From assembly GCF_964194025.1 (NCBI RefSeq), contig NC_134473.1, positions 53,072,001 to 53,136,000 on the forward strand: 64,000 bases of DNA. Direction: 5' to 3'. The notes below the pieces were generated by a model. That model had not been told where the DNA came from and made no database searches. It worked only from the letters and a program-made list of their open reading frames with translations. The DNA comes from Convolutriloba macropyga. Taxonomy: Eukaryota. Shown in pieces: positions 27,236 to 40,492 of this stretch. Within the stretch, counting starts at the first letter, position 1; each line of letters starts with the position of its first letter. Made by a program: the position numbers and the translations under genes.

Positions 27236-28494
27236 CAGAAAATGATATTAAATTTATGTATGTCTGATTTATAAAAGACAAAATGGATTTTATCCCACTT
27301 CCCCCCCCCCCAATTAGTGGGTGCATATTATTTGCAAATCCAAAGCGCTCGTGTCATTTTTTTTAAATAATGGTTTACAATGTAATGGTACAGGCTCTGT
27401 AACTCGCGCTGCATAACGTAGTGGGGGCACAAATTTTTTTCATTATTTTGTTTAAATTATTTTAAGCTATTTGTTTATATACTGAAAATAATGATCAAAA
27501 GAAGAATCAGACCATTGCATTTGAAAGGCTAGCTAGATAAACTCTCATTTATACCAAAAATTGTCCCATCGGGCTGCGAAAATCTCCTATTTCTTTATAG
27601 AAATATCACGCCCGAGTTAACTCCTGCTCGTTACAGCTAGGGGTTCATGGTTGCTACTACTATATAAGAAAAGGTTCCAAATTTGAAAAGGTTCGAAAAT
27701 TGGCCGAATTTCTGAAAACGCCTGCTTCATCTAAAAAAAGTAGAAACATAGGACCTATAGGCGTGCCTTATCTTATTGTGCATACACATAATGTGTATAC
27801 AATATACATATCCATATAATATACATATCCATCAATATAATATACATATCCATATTTGGAGAGTTGGGCTCTCATGGGAAAGAGACTATAATTCCAACTT
27901 CATTTGGAAGTGCCAATACAGTGTTAAATGAAGAAGATTGGTCAAAAAGATCAAAATTTTTTTAAAATTAGATCTATACATTTATGATTTCTTGTTGAAT
28001 TCGATGCCCTGGACTTTTAAAATGATACCATACACGTTTGACTGAGGTGCCCTCGAAAAGTCAAAATCCTTGAACAAAAAAACGGCTAGCATAAAGGGGT
28101 CTTTCCCATCATAGCGCATAGCCTATTCCACCCCTTACAAAAAATATAATTTGATGGAGGATTAAAATTTCGTGGAGAGGGGGTGATAAGGCGAAAGAAT
28201 CGCATACCCGTGTTTTTGAAAAAATGAAATTGTGGGACCAAGTAAGAGGGACGAAAAATAAAAGGCACCGAAACTTGCTACCAGTGTGCGTCCTTCCTAC
28301 TATAGCCACTACCTCAATTAAAATGTAGGCCAAATTATGGTATGTTTACGGTAATTGTAGACGGAAGGTGTTTGTGTGTGTGTATGGGGGGGTATATACT
28401 GTGTAAGAGAAGCTAAATTGCCAAAGGCGAGATTGGATAAGTCTCAAATCATTTTTTGGAGGGAGGAAAAAGGTTGCTATAGTTAAGAATTAAG

Positions 28495-28630
28495 GGGTCT
28501 TTCCCATTACAGCCCCCCCTCATGAAATTATAACCCCCCATTATGGTATAATTACCATGATTGGGGGGGCTATAGGTTATCTGACCACTAAGCTGGGGGG
28601 GGGGGGGGGGGGCTATAATGGGAAAGACCC
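28495..28630. mobile_element. 136-bp MITE with ~25-bp TIRs and 8-bp target-site duplication
   Basis: TIR GGGTCTTTCCCATTAC/TAGCCCCCCC (1 mismatch); direct repeat GAATTAAG at 28487-28494 and 28631-28638. Confidence 0.85.
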
Positions 28631-29420
28631 GAATTAAGAATCAAAAATGACTTGGCAAATAAATTTAATGTTATAATAATAATAAATTGTTTTCAAGTAA
28701 GTTAGCATTGCAGTACAAATCAGGCCGCACAGAACCGCCACTTACTTGATAGGTCATCATCAAAAGGTCCGATGGTCCTCGTCAAGTGATACCAGTAGAG
28801 TGTTATTATTCTTAACGATGCCAGTAAGACAAATTACTTCCCAAAATACTTCCAATTAAAAAACAACAACCTCGAAAGGCTGTAATAAATCAAGTTTTTC
28901 AGTTGTTGCAACTCGCCTTTACCAGAATGGTCTAATACGAGGTCTTTAAAAAACAAAACCCCCCAACTGGAGCGTAAATTGTATAAAAGCGTTCAAAAAT
29001 GGGGTCTTTCCCATTATATCCAGCTTTGCGACCAGACCCCCCCATATTTACTTGGAACCACCGAAATCACCAAAATGGGGTCGGTCGTAAGATTCACTCT
29101 CGTGGAAGGTGACCCCGGTATTTTTACTCGGTTTGTCAGAAGTATTCTATAGCTTCAAGAAGCAAAAAAGGTGATTGATGAACGACATATAGTAGAGTAG
29201 TACAGCAGAAGAGTATCATACCGGAAGTTAGTCCTTGTAGCATCTGGCACTGACTTCATGTCTTAATAGAAATAATAAAGATAATAGACGTTATTACAAC
29301 TAGGTCGGCTAACGTAAACATTAACTGAGGAAGAACAACACACCAATTCCATACTTATAAACTTCGTCCAATCACTCAGTTGTTTTGGTTGATTTGGTCG
29401 AACATGTTGGGTTACATGAG

Positions 29421-32400
29421 CACGTGTTAAAACATGTCATGCAACCTTCTCATTTCAGGGTTAATGTGTGAACGCATGTCAACAATACTAAGAATTTAAA
29501 CTAGTCCTGCCTGCATAAAAAACCATTCTGATTTTTGCCTCCATTTTTATTAACATTCAAATTCAAACTATCAAAGGAACACTGCAGCACAGCAATTTAG
29601 ATACAGGATCTTTTAGTTTGGGCTCCTCCCCCCCCCCCCAGCTTCGTGGACGCAATGTATTTTCATCGCACATGCTATAATATTACAATGATTTACTACG
29701 TAATGGTACTTATTCTATAACTGGGTGGGGACACGAACGGAAAGATGCCAGATACCACCTCTGGTCGGCTAGTTTCAGTTAAACATTATCATTAACATTT
29801 GCATTACAGCCGAAGGATCTATACAGTTTTTACCCAGGGCCATTTAGGACTCCTTTAATATATAATATTCGATTATAATATATAAAAACTAACTGCTAAT
29901 GAGTGCAACAAATAACGTCACGCACAAAAAGCAGCTAAATATTGTCATGAAAAGATGGACGGAATTCAGTTTTTTGGAAAGTGTAAAAACGAAAAAGCGT
30001 CAGACGACGACAGAAAAGAGCAAACCCAGAGTATTTGAATTCACGCAAATTGATGACAACCTTTTTTGATATTCAGCTGAACAAAACTCTCAAAAGCATG
30101 GCTTCCGCAATTCGGTCAAATGATCTGATCAGGCATCAAAATACTTCGAAGACGAAAATACTTCTAATTTAGTCCTTCGTGCCATAGCACTTGTCTTTCG
30201 CAGCATTTTCCCCCGAAATTTATCGGTAAAAAATTGCAACAATTAAATCGACAAATTAATTGGGCAATAATGGTGTTTTCTGAGAAAAAAAGTACGGTAA
30301 GGTAAGATTTAAATTGTACGGAGATCTCATAGAGAAAAAGCTACTTCCAGCAGAGCTTTTTAAGACAGAGATATTTTTGTAACATTTTATGATATAATTC
30401 AGCAAGACAGCTACGATTGTTTGTTAAGCGTTCAAAAGAACTCTAGTTTTAAACAGTTCAAATTAATAAGAAAAATAGCAAACAAGCTTTGACATGAATT
30501 CAATTCAGTGTGAAAAAAATAGAAAAAGTTGACGCAAGATATTCGGTCAGCAAGAAAAAATATTTTAAGGAAAAACAAAACTTTATTCTTCAGCATGAAA
30601 AAATCAATAAACATTAAGATGGGAGCTTTTAAAAGTTTTCATTTTATAAAGAAAAAATGTTAGAAAAAGTATGATTCCAAAGCACAACGGAATTAAAAGA
30701 TGAAAACATTTGAGACAGATTTATGATTTCTTCTTATTTTAAACCTAATTGGTTATATACTAAATTCACCTGTTCGAAAAAAGTTACACCAAAAAGCTTC
30801 GCTCAGCTTATTACATCTTTGCAGCTACTAAAAATGAGTCAACAGACTATTCCGAACGAAACAAACTAATCCCACAAATAATAGCGTGACAATCTACCCC
30901 TGAGAAAAAAAATAGATATCCCTGAAAAAAAACTGAACTTTTTCAATCATTTGCCACTACGGTTCCTTATCCAAAAACTGTGTTAAAGCGCAATTTCAAA
31001 TTTGAAAAAATCGAAAACGACAGTTTTACATAATTATTCAGTAATCGATTTAAATCTTTGACATGGAAGCTGCAAAAGATTTTGGTGACTTAACTGCAAG
31101 AAGATCAAAATGTAAACACAAACGTTACTGACACTAATATGATGACAAGAGGTATTCACACGTTTTAAAACATGTCATGCAACCTTCTCATTTCAGGGTT
31201 AATGTGTGAACGCATGTCAACAATACTAAGAATTTAAACTAGTCCTGCCTGCATAAAAAACCATTCTGATTTTTGCCTCCATTTTTATTAACATTCAAAT
31301 TCAAACTATCAAAGGAACACTGCAGCACAGCAATTTAGATACAGGATCTTTTAGTTTGGGCTCCTCCCCCCCCCCAGCTTCGTGGACGCAATGTATTTTC
31401 ATCGCACATGCTATAATATTACAATGATTTACTACGTAATGGTACTTATTCTATAACTGGGTGGGGACACGAACGGAAAGATGCCAGATACCACCTCTGG
31501 TCGGCTAGTTTCAGTTAAACATTATCATTAACATTTGCATTACAGCCGAAGGATCTATACAGTTTTTACCCAGGGCCATTTAGGACTCCTTTAATATATA
31601 ATATTCGATTATAATATATAAAAACTAACTGCTAATGAGTGCAACAAATAACGTCACGCACAAAAAGCAGCTAAATATTGTCATGAAAAGATGGACGGAA
31701 TTCAGTTTTTTGGAAAGTGTAAAAACGAAAAAGCGTCAGACGACGACAGAAAAGAGCAAACCCAGAGTATTTGAATTCACGCAAATTGATGACAACCTTT
31801 TTTGATATTCAGCTGAACAAAACTCTCAAAAGCATGGCTTCCGCAATTCGGTCAAATGATCTGATCAGGCATCAAAATACTTCGAAGACGAAAATACTTC
31901 TAATTTAGTCCTTCGTGCCATAGCACTTGTCTTTCGCAGCATTTTCCCCCGAAATTTATCGGTAAAAAATTGCAACAATTAAATCGACAAATTAATTGGG
32001 CAATAATGGTGTTTTCTGAGAAAAAAAGTACGGTAAGGTAAGATTTAAATTGTACGGAGATCTCATAGAGAAAAAGCTACTTCCAGCAGAGCTTTTTAAG
32101 ACAGAGATATTTTTGTAACATTTTATGATATAATTCAGCAAGACAGCTACGATTGTTTGTTAAGCGTTCAAAAGAACTCTAGTTTTAAACAGTTCAAATT
32201 AATAAGAAAAATAGCAAACAAGCTTTGACATGAATTCAATTCAGTGTGAAAAAAATAGAAAAAGTTGACGCAAGATATTCGGTCAGCAAGAAAAAATATT
32301 TTAAGGAAAAACAAAACTTTATTCTTCAGCATGAAAAAATCAATAAACATTAAGATGGGAGCTTTTAAAAGTTTTCATTTTATAAAGAAAAATTTTTAGA

Positions 32401-32894
32401 AAAAGTATGATTCCAAAGCACAACGGAATTAAAAGATGAAAACATTTGAGACAGATTTATGATTTCTTCTTATTTTAAACCTAATTGGTTATATACTAAA
32501 TTCACTTGTTCGAAAAAAGTTACACCAAAAAGCTTCGCTCAGCTTATTACATCTTTGCAGCTACTAAAAATGAGTCAACAGACTATTCCGAACGAAACAG
32601 ACTAATCCCACAAATAATAGCGTGACAATCTACCCCTGAGAAAAAAATAGATATCCCTGAAAAAAAACTGAACTTTTTCAATCATTTGCCACTACGGTTC
32701 CTTATCCAAAAACTGTGTTAAAGCGCAATTTCAAATTTGAAAAAATCGAAAACGACAGTTTTACATAATTATTCAGTAATCGATTTAAATCTTTGACATG
32801 GAAGCTGCAAAAGATTTTGGTGACTTAACTGCAAGAAGATCAAAATGTAAACACAAACGTTACTGACACTAATATGATGACAAGAGGTATTCAC
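29421..32894. repeat. Near-identical tandem duplication, ~1.74-kb unit (29421-31159 / 31159-32894)
   Basis: Identical spurious ORFs at 30432 and 32168 (offset 1736); only a few substitutions and homopolymer indels are visible. Confidence 0.95.
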
Positions 32895-33648
32895 CTGAGT
32901 TGGAGTTGTGCAACTCCAAAAAACTAAGCATTCAAGGTTTTTTTTAACTTGGAACCACTAAATGTTTTGGGTTAAAATGCGAACTCCTTAATAACTTTCA
33001 TCCAAAAAGCCTAACTTTCATCAGCCATCATTAAGCAGTTGTCATTCATTGACCTTGAAGGTCCTTGAAGTAAACTGAAGTGAACTTGCGTCGTTTAGAG
33101 AGTGATACTTCATTATAAAAATAAATATAGCAAAAAACTGTCACACTCACTTGACCGCAACTGATTAGCGTTATCAACTAAGGGGAGGGAGGGGATGGGG
33201 AGGTAAAGGGAGAGGGGTCAAACCCTAAGAATCGACCTTTATATCACAATATGTCTCTTAAACTGCTTTGGTGAATCGTACACTAAGATAGTAGTGAGCC
33301 ATAAGGCTCTCAAAAAACTCTGGGAGTTACCTATTTATCCCATTTTTGAGGACGAAAAGTCAAAACCGATACGAAAAATCGGTCCAGCAAAAAATTGCAC
33401 AAAGACCACAGCACTAGATAAATTGGCACTAACATTGTTTGAGAGCAAATAACCACTCTTTTCATCTAAGCCATGGTTGATATTCACTCATTTGGTATAA
33501 AACACATTTGAGATATACAATGAAGCCAAATAGAAAAAACATTTTAACAATTTCAAATTCAACAAAATCAGAACTAAAACAGGATTCAGAATACCACACA
33601 GTATTCAATTTAGAATCTTGCAATGAATTTGGGAACTTAAAATTAAAA

Positions 33649-34185
33649 CATACCCGGCAGATTGCCGGAAAATAGCCGCCGTTGATTCCAATAAGCATGA
33701 TTGGGATTGAAATAACAGAAGATATTGAAAAAGAAAGATTTTTGTACAAAAACATTTTTTTAAGTCCGATTTATTTTGAAGGCATTTCGTAGTTGATTAT
33801 ACTTCTGTTTCTTAGAGAGAGGCTACAGGGGCTCCTATCAATAACAATAAGCATTAGAGATGGTAAATAAAACTTATAGGAACGACGTTCAAATAGCGGG
33901 CATCTAAAATTGGGCTTTATGGGTTTATCCCGATTCTATTTCTGACATCCATTTTTGTACTAACTCTGTTCATTTTGAATTGCTTTGCCGAGCAACTGAT
34001 GTTCAAAATCACTTTTAGCAGAATGAGAGAAGAGAGAAACTAGCCTAAAGAAGTCAAAAAGATTTCACGCAAAATGTTGAAAAGGCGGCAAAATGAGGTA
34101 AAGCGAAACATTTTTTTATTCGACGAAGTAAAAAAAAAAATAGGAGCGCTATAATAGCCGGCTGAATAGATGAGGGCGGCTATTA
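33649..34185 (-). mobile_element. Complete ~540-bp non-autonomous Helentron (HINE/DINE-1-like), family A type copy
   Basis: Perfect subTIRs AATAGCCGCC (33671-33680) / GGCGGCTATT (34175-34184); extra partial IR AATAGCCG (34153-34160); hairpin CCGGCA-GAT-TGCCGG (33654-33668); A-runs (T on minus) at both flanks; no distinct TSD. Confidence 0.82.
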
Positions 34186-35030
34186 AAAAACATGCAGAAA
34201 AAGTATCAACAAAATCTGGGATTTCACTCAGATAGACAGCTTTCTTTTCAGCCGACTTGCATCTCAACTTTTTTCTAGAAGCAGCAGCCGCAAATCATCT
34301 CCGGCTAACGTAAAAGCAAAGTTGTTCAAAAAAACAAGACGGCTAAACTGACGCACAGATATAAGAGAAGTCGATGTTTCTTCATTTCGTTGAAATTTGG
34401 GAAAAGCACAAACAGGAACCTAGAAAACTTAGAAATTCAGATTTCTCAAGATTAAACGAACTTAATTTCTCCCAATAAATTGTTGATTATTAACTCTGTT
34501 TGCAGTTGGCCAAAAACCAGAACTGCTATGAAAACTAAGCAGCATATTTTTTGGTAAATTCCAAATACATGACAGTGATGTCACAACAAAGCAAAACAAA
34601 AATCTCTACACTCAATAGAAATTAATCTTTGAACTGCATATTAAAGTCAAGTAGGTGATCATATTGCAAAAAAGAAACAGCTCACGGAAAATAAAATTAA
34701 TCCTCCTGCAGCATCAGCCGCACCCATCTCTGGCAAAACACTTTTATACAAAATTATAATTGCTGTGAAAACATTCGGAGAAATAACAATGTGAAAAATC
34801 TATCATAATTGCTCTGGAAAAAAGTGAAACTCATCAAACACGTCTTAAGAATTGAAATTTTTATAATTTGACAATTTGTATCTAATAAATTTCAAATTTC
34901 TTTAGCATCATCGTAGCTGTCACTTACTTCTAGCTATATAAATTGTTCCAAGAGAAATGATGTAACAAAAATATCAGGTTATTCTAAAAAAAAAATCAAT
35001 CGTATTTTGACATTTTTCTCAAAAATTTTT

Positions 35031-38000
35031 AAGGAAATCGGTCATCAGAAACTTTCCCGAAAAATTACTTAAATTCGATATACCAGCGAAATTGCTTGGC
35101 GCTCTGACTTTGTACACAGTCATTATTCTATCTGTAAAAATTTCTTTAAAAAACATGTAATCTTTGAACTGTGTAAAAGCGAATTTGATATATTGCCACA
35201 GAGTATTCCAAGTCTGTTTAATTAAAATAAACGTTTTAATAGCAACAATCAATAAAACTGGAAACTCTTAAAATGGAAAGTAAGATATAATGGGCGTTTG
35301 CTGAAAACCGTTTAAAACATTCTGAGACAAAATGGTAAAATCACAGTTGATCTTAAGACCGATCATTATCTGTCGAAAAAGTGAACTATTATAACAGAAA
35401 ATTTGTGGCAAGCAAAAACATATGTGCTTGAACTGCTGTGTAAAAGCATTCTACTGTATAAAAAAGAAACTTTTAAATATGAGCACCGATTTATCCATTT
35501 AACAAACGTATTTGCAATTTAACGTATTTGCAAAGATAGCTGCAAAATAAAAAGCCGGCTTATTGTATAATGCACATAAAAAAAAATAAAGAGATTAATT
35601 AGAGTAGCCGATGTGCTTTATAAAAACCGAAGTTCAATAGATTTTTACTTTAAAAGTTCTAAAAATCTGATAACATTTTTGATTCCACGCCTGGAATTTA
35701 ATTTCAACAGCCTTCATTACATAGATTATTTTTATTGACTTGAATTAGGTTTAAAGTATCCTGTAGTGAACGTAATCCAATAATATCATGAATGGTTAAA
35801 AGAGAATAATGCTAAAATTTTATTCGGCTTTTAATATTAAACCTTCGCCACTTGAGTTCAACAGCTTAAAATTGTGAAGCAGAAAGCAATTTAAATCACA
35901 CAAAACTAAAAAAAAATAACTGAATTCAAAAATAGTCCAGAAAAAAATATTTCATTAAAAAAGACACACGGCTATAATTATTGCTTCCAATTTTGTTCGA
36001 GGGCGGTTAATAAATTGGCCAATTTTTTTCAGTATTTTCCAGCCCAGTTTCTAGTTGATGTATTAAATTTTTTTTCAATAATCCAAAACCAAGAGCTGCA
36101 TTAAATTACCATAATTTTCCAGCATATCCTGAATGATAAAAGTGCGTTTCGCACATAAAACAAAGCCCTTCTCTCCATGACAGATGAAAGACATGAAAGA
36201 TTCAAAGCTAAAACTCCCCAAAATGGCATAAAAATGTCAGCAACACAGATCTAGAGAGCTACCCAATCTGCTGTAAAAATTGTTGACCATTATTCATTAA
36301 CAAATCTGCTCAGACCGGTTCTATACAAGTACAGATTCTCAAAGAACTTGAGTTAAACTTGAATTAATTGGCCAACAATAATTTTCGTGTAATGGATTAG
36401 CTAGTTCAAGGCTTATAAAAACTATCAACAAATCAAATTCAGAAAGTAGAAATGGTAAGAAACTTACTCAAACATGGCACGTGAAGTAGCTGACAGGTTT
36501 TCTTTGACCATTTTTCTCTAATTAATTGGTGAACTTTTCAAGTTGCCGTGAAGACTCGCCCTGAGCAAAGTTGTAGTGTTAACAAACAAGATAAATCTGA
36601 AACAGATCAACTGCGATCTAAGTAACTTCGTTTGCTATTCGTCCTTTCTAGTTTGTGACCGATAAATGAAAACCCTCAAGCCAATGAAGATTTCAAGATA
36701 GTTCACTTCTATTAATCTTGAACTTGAAGTCCAAGCTGCAAAATAGATTAGGCGAAGCAATGAAAATAATCGGTGGTTGCAGGTCGATACTGAAAAGAGA
36801 ATAAAAGCTAAATTCTATCTATCTACTCAAGCACCACAGAACAGAACAAATTCACAAATGCAAAGCAAAACGCATTAGGAAATACAACGCACGAAACGTT
36901 TCTTTCAGAAGCAAAACGCAAAAGACGTTCTATATTTACCATTCATATATTCACGTTCATATTCATGAGAATAATCACTTTATTCAGGCATGGTAGAACA
37001 GAGCAGCACATACCAAACCGTCCCTCTTGATAAAGGCTTAAGAAACGTAACGTTTTAAGAGATTTCTGTTCACAAAGTTCAAAATGTGGAAATTGGCGAA
37101 CTCTTAGCTGTTTTAGATAATACATTTCTGTTGTCGACTCTCAGCTCAGATTTCATCAACACAAAATATTAAACTACAACTATCAGAAAATTTTTGTACT
37201 TTTATTACAGTTGGAAATTGTCAAAATTGCGGAAACGTTTCGGCATTTCAAAATTCAAATGTTAGCAGCAAATTTCGGAAAGGAAATCGGTCATCAGAAA
37301 CTTTCCCGAAAAATTACTTAAATTCGACATACCAGCGAAATTGCTTGGCGCTCTGTCTTTGTACACAGTCATTATTCTATCTGTAAAAATTTCTTTAAAA
37401 AACATGTAATCTTTGAACTGTGTAAAAGCGAATTTGATATATTGCCACAGAGTATTCCAAGTCTGTTTAATTAAAATAAACGTTTTAATAGCAACAATCA
37501 ATAAAACTGGAAACTCTTAAAATGGAAAGTAAGATATAATGGGCGTTTGCTGAAAACCGTTTGAAACATTCTGAGACAAAATGGTAAAATCACAGTTGAT
37601 CTTAAGACCGATCATTATCTGTCGAAAAAGTGAACTATTATAACAGAAAATTTGTGGCAAGCAAAAACATATGTGCTTGAACTGCTGTGTAAAAGCATTC
37701 TACTGTATAAAAAAGAAACTTTTAAATATGAGCACCGATTTATCCATTTAACAAACGTATTTGCAATTTAACGTATTTGCAAAGATAGCTGCAAAATAAA
37801 AAGCCGGCTTATTGTATAATGCACATAAAAAAAATAAAGAGATTAATTAGAGTAGCCGATGTGCTTTATAAAAACCGAAGTTCAATAGATTTTTACTTTA
37901 AAAGTTCTAAAAATCTGATAACATTTTTGATTCCACGCCTGGAATTTAATTTCAACAGCCTTCATTACATAGATTATTTTTATTGACTTGAATTAGGTTT

Positions 38001-39518
38001 AAAGTATCCTGTAGTGAACGTAATCCAATAATATCATGAATGGTTAAAAGAGAATAATGCTAAAATTTTATTCGGCTTTTAATATTAAACCTTCGCCACA
38101 TGAGTTCAACAGCTTAAAATTGTGAAGCAGAAAGCAATTTAAATCACACAAAACTAAAAAAAAAATAATTGAATTCAAAAATAGTCCAGAAAAAAATATT
38201 TCATTAAAAAAGACACACGGCTATAATTATTGCTTCCAATTTTGTTCGAGGGCGGTTAATAAATTGGCCAATTTTTTTCAGTATTTTCCAGCCCAGTTTC
38301 TAGTTGATGTATTAAATTTTTTTTTAATAATCCAAAACCAAGAGCTGCATTAAATTACCATAATTTTCCAGCATATCCTGAATGATAAAAGTGCGTTTCG
38401 CACATAAAACAAAGCCCTTCTCTCCATGACAGATGAAAGACATGAAAGATTCAAAGCTAAAACTCCCCAAAATGGCATAAAAATGTCAGCAACACAGATC
38501 TAGAGAGCTACCCAATCTGCTGTAAAAATTGTTGACCATTATTCATTAACAAATCTGCTCAGACCGGTTCTATACAAGTACAGATTCTCAAAGAACTTGA
38601 GTTAAACTTGAATTAATTGGCCAACAATAATTTTCGTGTAATGGATTAGCTAGTTCAAGGCTTATAAAAACTATCAACAAATCAAATTCAGAAAGTAGAA
38701 ATGGTAAGAAACTTACTCAAACATGGCACGTGAAGTAGCTGACAGGTTTTCTTTGACCATTTTTCTCTAATTAATTGGTGAACTTTTCAAGTTGCCGTGA
38801 AGACTCGCCCTGAGCAAAGTTGTAGTGTTAACAAACAAGATAAATCTGAAACAGATCAACTGCGATCTAAGTAACTTCGTTTGCTATTCGTCCTTTCTAG
38901 TTTGTGACCGATAAATGAAAACCCTCAAGCCAATGAAGATTTCAAGATAGTTCACTTCTATTAATCTTGAACTTGAAGTCCAAGCTGCAAAATAGATTAG
39001 GCAAAGCAATCAAAATAATCGGTGGTTGCAGGTCGATACTGAAAAGAGAATAAAAGCTAAATTCTATCTATCTACTCAAGCACCACAGAACAGAACAAAT
39101 TCACAAATGCAAAGCAAAACGCATTAGGAAATACAACGCACGAAACGTTTCTTTCAGAAGCAAAACGCAAAAGACGTTCTATATTTACCATTCATATATT
39201 CACGTTCATATTCATGAGAATAATCACTTTATTCAGGCATGGTAGAACAGAGCCGCACATACCAAACCGTCCCTCTTGATAAAGGCTTAAGAAACGTCAC
39301 GTTTTAAGAGATTTCTGTTCACAAAGTTCAAAATGTGGAAATTGGCGAACTCTTAGCTGTTTTAGATAATACATTTCTGTTGTCGACTCTCAGCTCAGAT
39401 TTCATCAACACAAAATATTAAACTACAACTATCAGAAAATTTTTGTACTTTTATTACAGTTGGAAATTGTCAAAATTGCGGAAACGTTTCGGCATTTCAA
39501 AATTCAAATGTTAGCAGC
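35031..39518. repeat. Near-identical tandem duplication, ~2.24-kb unit (35031-37269 / 37280-39518) with a 10-bp junction insert
   Basis: ORF pair 35019..35252 and 37262..37501 (offset 2249); junction filler AAATTTCGGA at 37270-37279. Confidence 0.95.
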
Positions 39519-39628
39519 CTATTTTTAAAGATAGTCTTTGTGACAAGAACGTCGTAATTCTATTTTGATCGTACAATTTGATCACATTAGTTTCAAAAAA
39601 TTAAGATACATATACTGTCAGCTAAATT

Positions 39629-40492
39629 TCATAACAGCAAAGAATCTATTTGGGTTAAACAATCAAGCGCTCCCATTGGAAATGATAATCCGTTGATATA
39701 ACCAGGAAGTTCGGGTTCTCTCGGGTTAATTCTAATAAGACAACCCTTTTTGGTCCTGGCAGTTAACTCACTCCTTCCTCGAACTGTTGGTACGAAGTTT
39801 CCAGCACCGATTTCTATTACTACTAATTTATCATCTTGAGATATTTTGGAAAGCCATTTTTGAAACGCAAAACTTTGAGCCTCCGTACGCGTACCCACAA
39901 ATCCAAAATCGCCGAACATTAAAATATTTGGTCTTGCAAGGGAGCTGAAGTCCGCATCGGGTGGGCCTGAAGGTAGTGGAGCCTCCGCGTGCAAATCAGA
40001 ATCACGAACAACAATTTTAAAGTCATCGGGGACCGGCCAAATTTCCTCACTTTTGGATGAATCCACGAGTTGTAAAAAGTTTATGCTACCATGGCATTCA
40101 ATTACAGATTTCTCTGGGAAGCCCGCTTTCTGGAAATGTCCGTCAACATTGCTTGTAAAGACAAAGCAGCCCTTCTCTTTTCTTGCGCCCCACTTTTTGA
40201 GAATCTGGAACCCTGCGTGAGGTTCTGCTGATGAATACAACATGTAACGGTGTCCAAAAAACCCCCATGCAAAATGGGGATCATCTTCAAACCACTGCGG
40301 GTTGCTTGTATCGGGTAGCGTTAATCCGCGTTCTCTCAGAGGCGGATAGGCTTTCCAGAATCCCTCTGGTCCTCTGAAATCAGGAAGGCCAGAATCCACT
40401 GACATGCCAGCTCCAGCAGTGATTAACATAGCTTTAGAAGCTTTGATTGCTTCCGCAGCTTTAATGAAGAGCTCTTTGGAAACTGTGCTCAT
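39629..40492 (-). CDS. NAD+-dependent sirtuin (Sir2 family), non-canonical bacterial-like subfamily, 287 aa, intronless
   Basis: 'ITAGAGMSVDSGLPDFRG' NAD-binding loop, 'TSNVDGHFQKAG', catalytic 'ECHGS', 'ARPNILMFGD', 'IEIGAG', 'LIRINP'. Confidence 0.92.
   Translation of the reverse strand: MSTVSKELFIKAAEAIKASKAMLITAGAGMSVDSGLPDFRGPEGFWKAYPPLRERGLTLPDTSNPQWFEDDPHFAWGFFGHRYMLYSSAEPHAGFQILKKWGARKEKGCFVFTSNVDGHFQKAGFPEKSVIECHGSINFLQLVDSSKSEEIWPVPDDFKIVVRDSDLHAEAPLPSGPPDADFSSLARPNILMFGDFGFVGTRTEAQSFAFQKWLSKISQDDKLVVIEIGAGNFVPTVRGRSELTARTKKGCLIRINPREPELPGYINGLSFPMGALDCLTQIDSLLL

Noticed and set aside
30432-32350. Duplicated 60-aa hydrophobic ORFs
   Set aside because: Phe/Leu-rich translation of the T-rich strand within the tandem duplication; no coding signal.
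39629-40492. Bacterial contamination or a prokaryotic Sir2 anti-phage defence system
   Set aside because: The gene is embedded among host repeats and intron-containing genes with no operon partners, and it has canonical sirtuin deacylase-type motifs rather than a Thoeris/DSR-type architecture.
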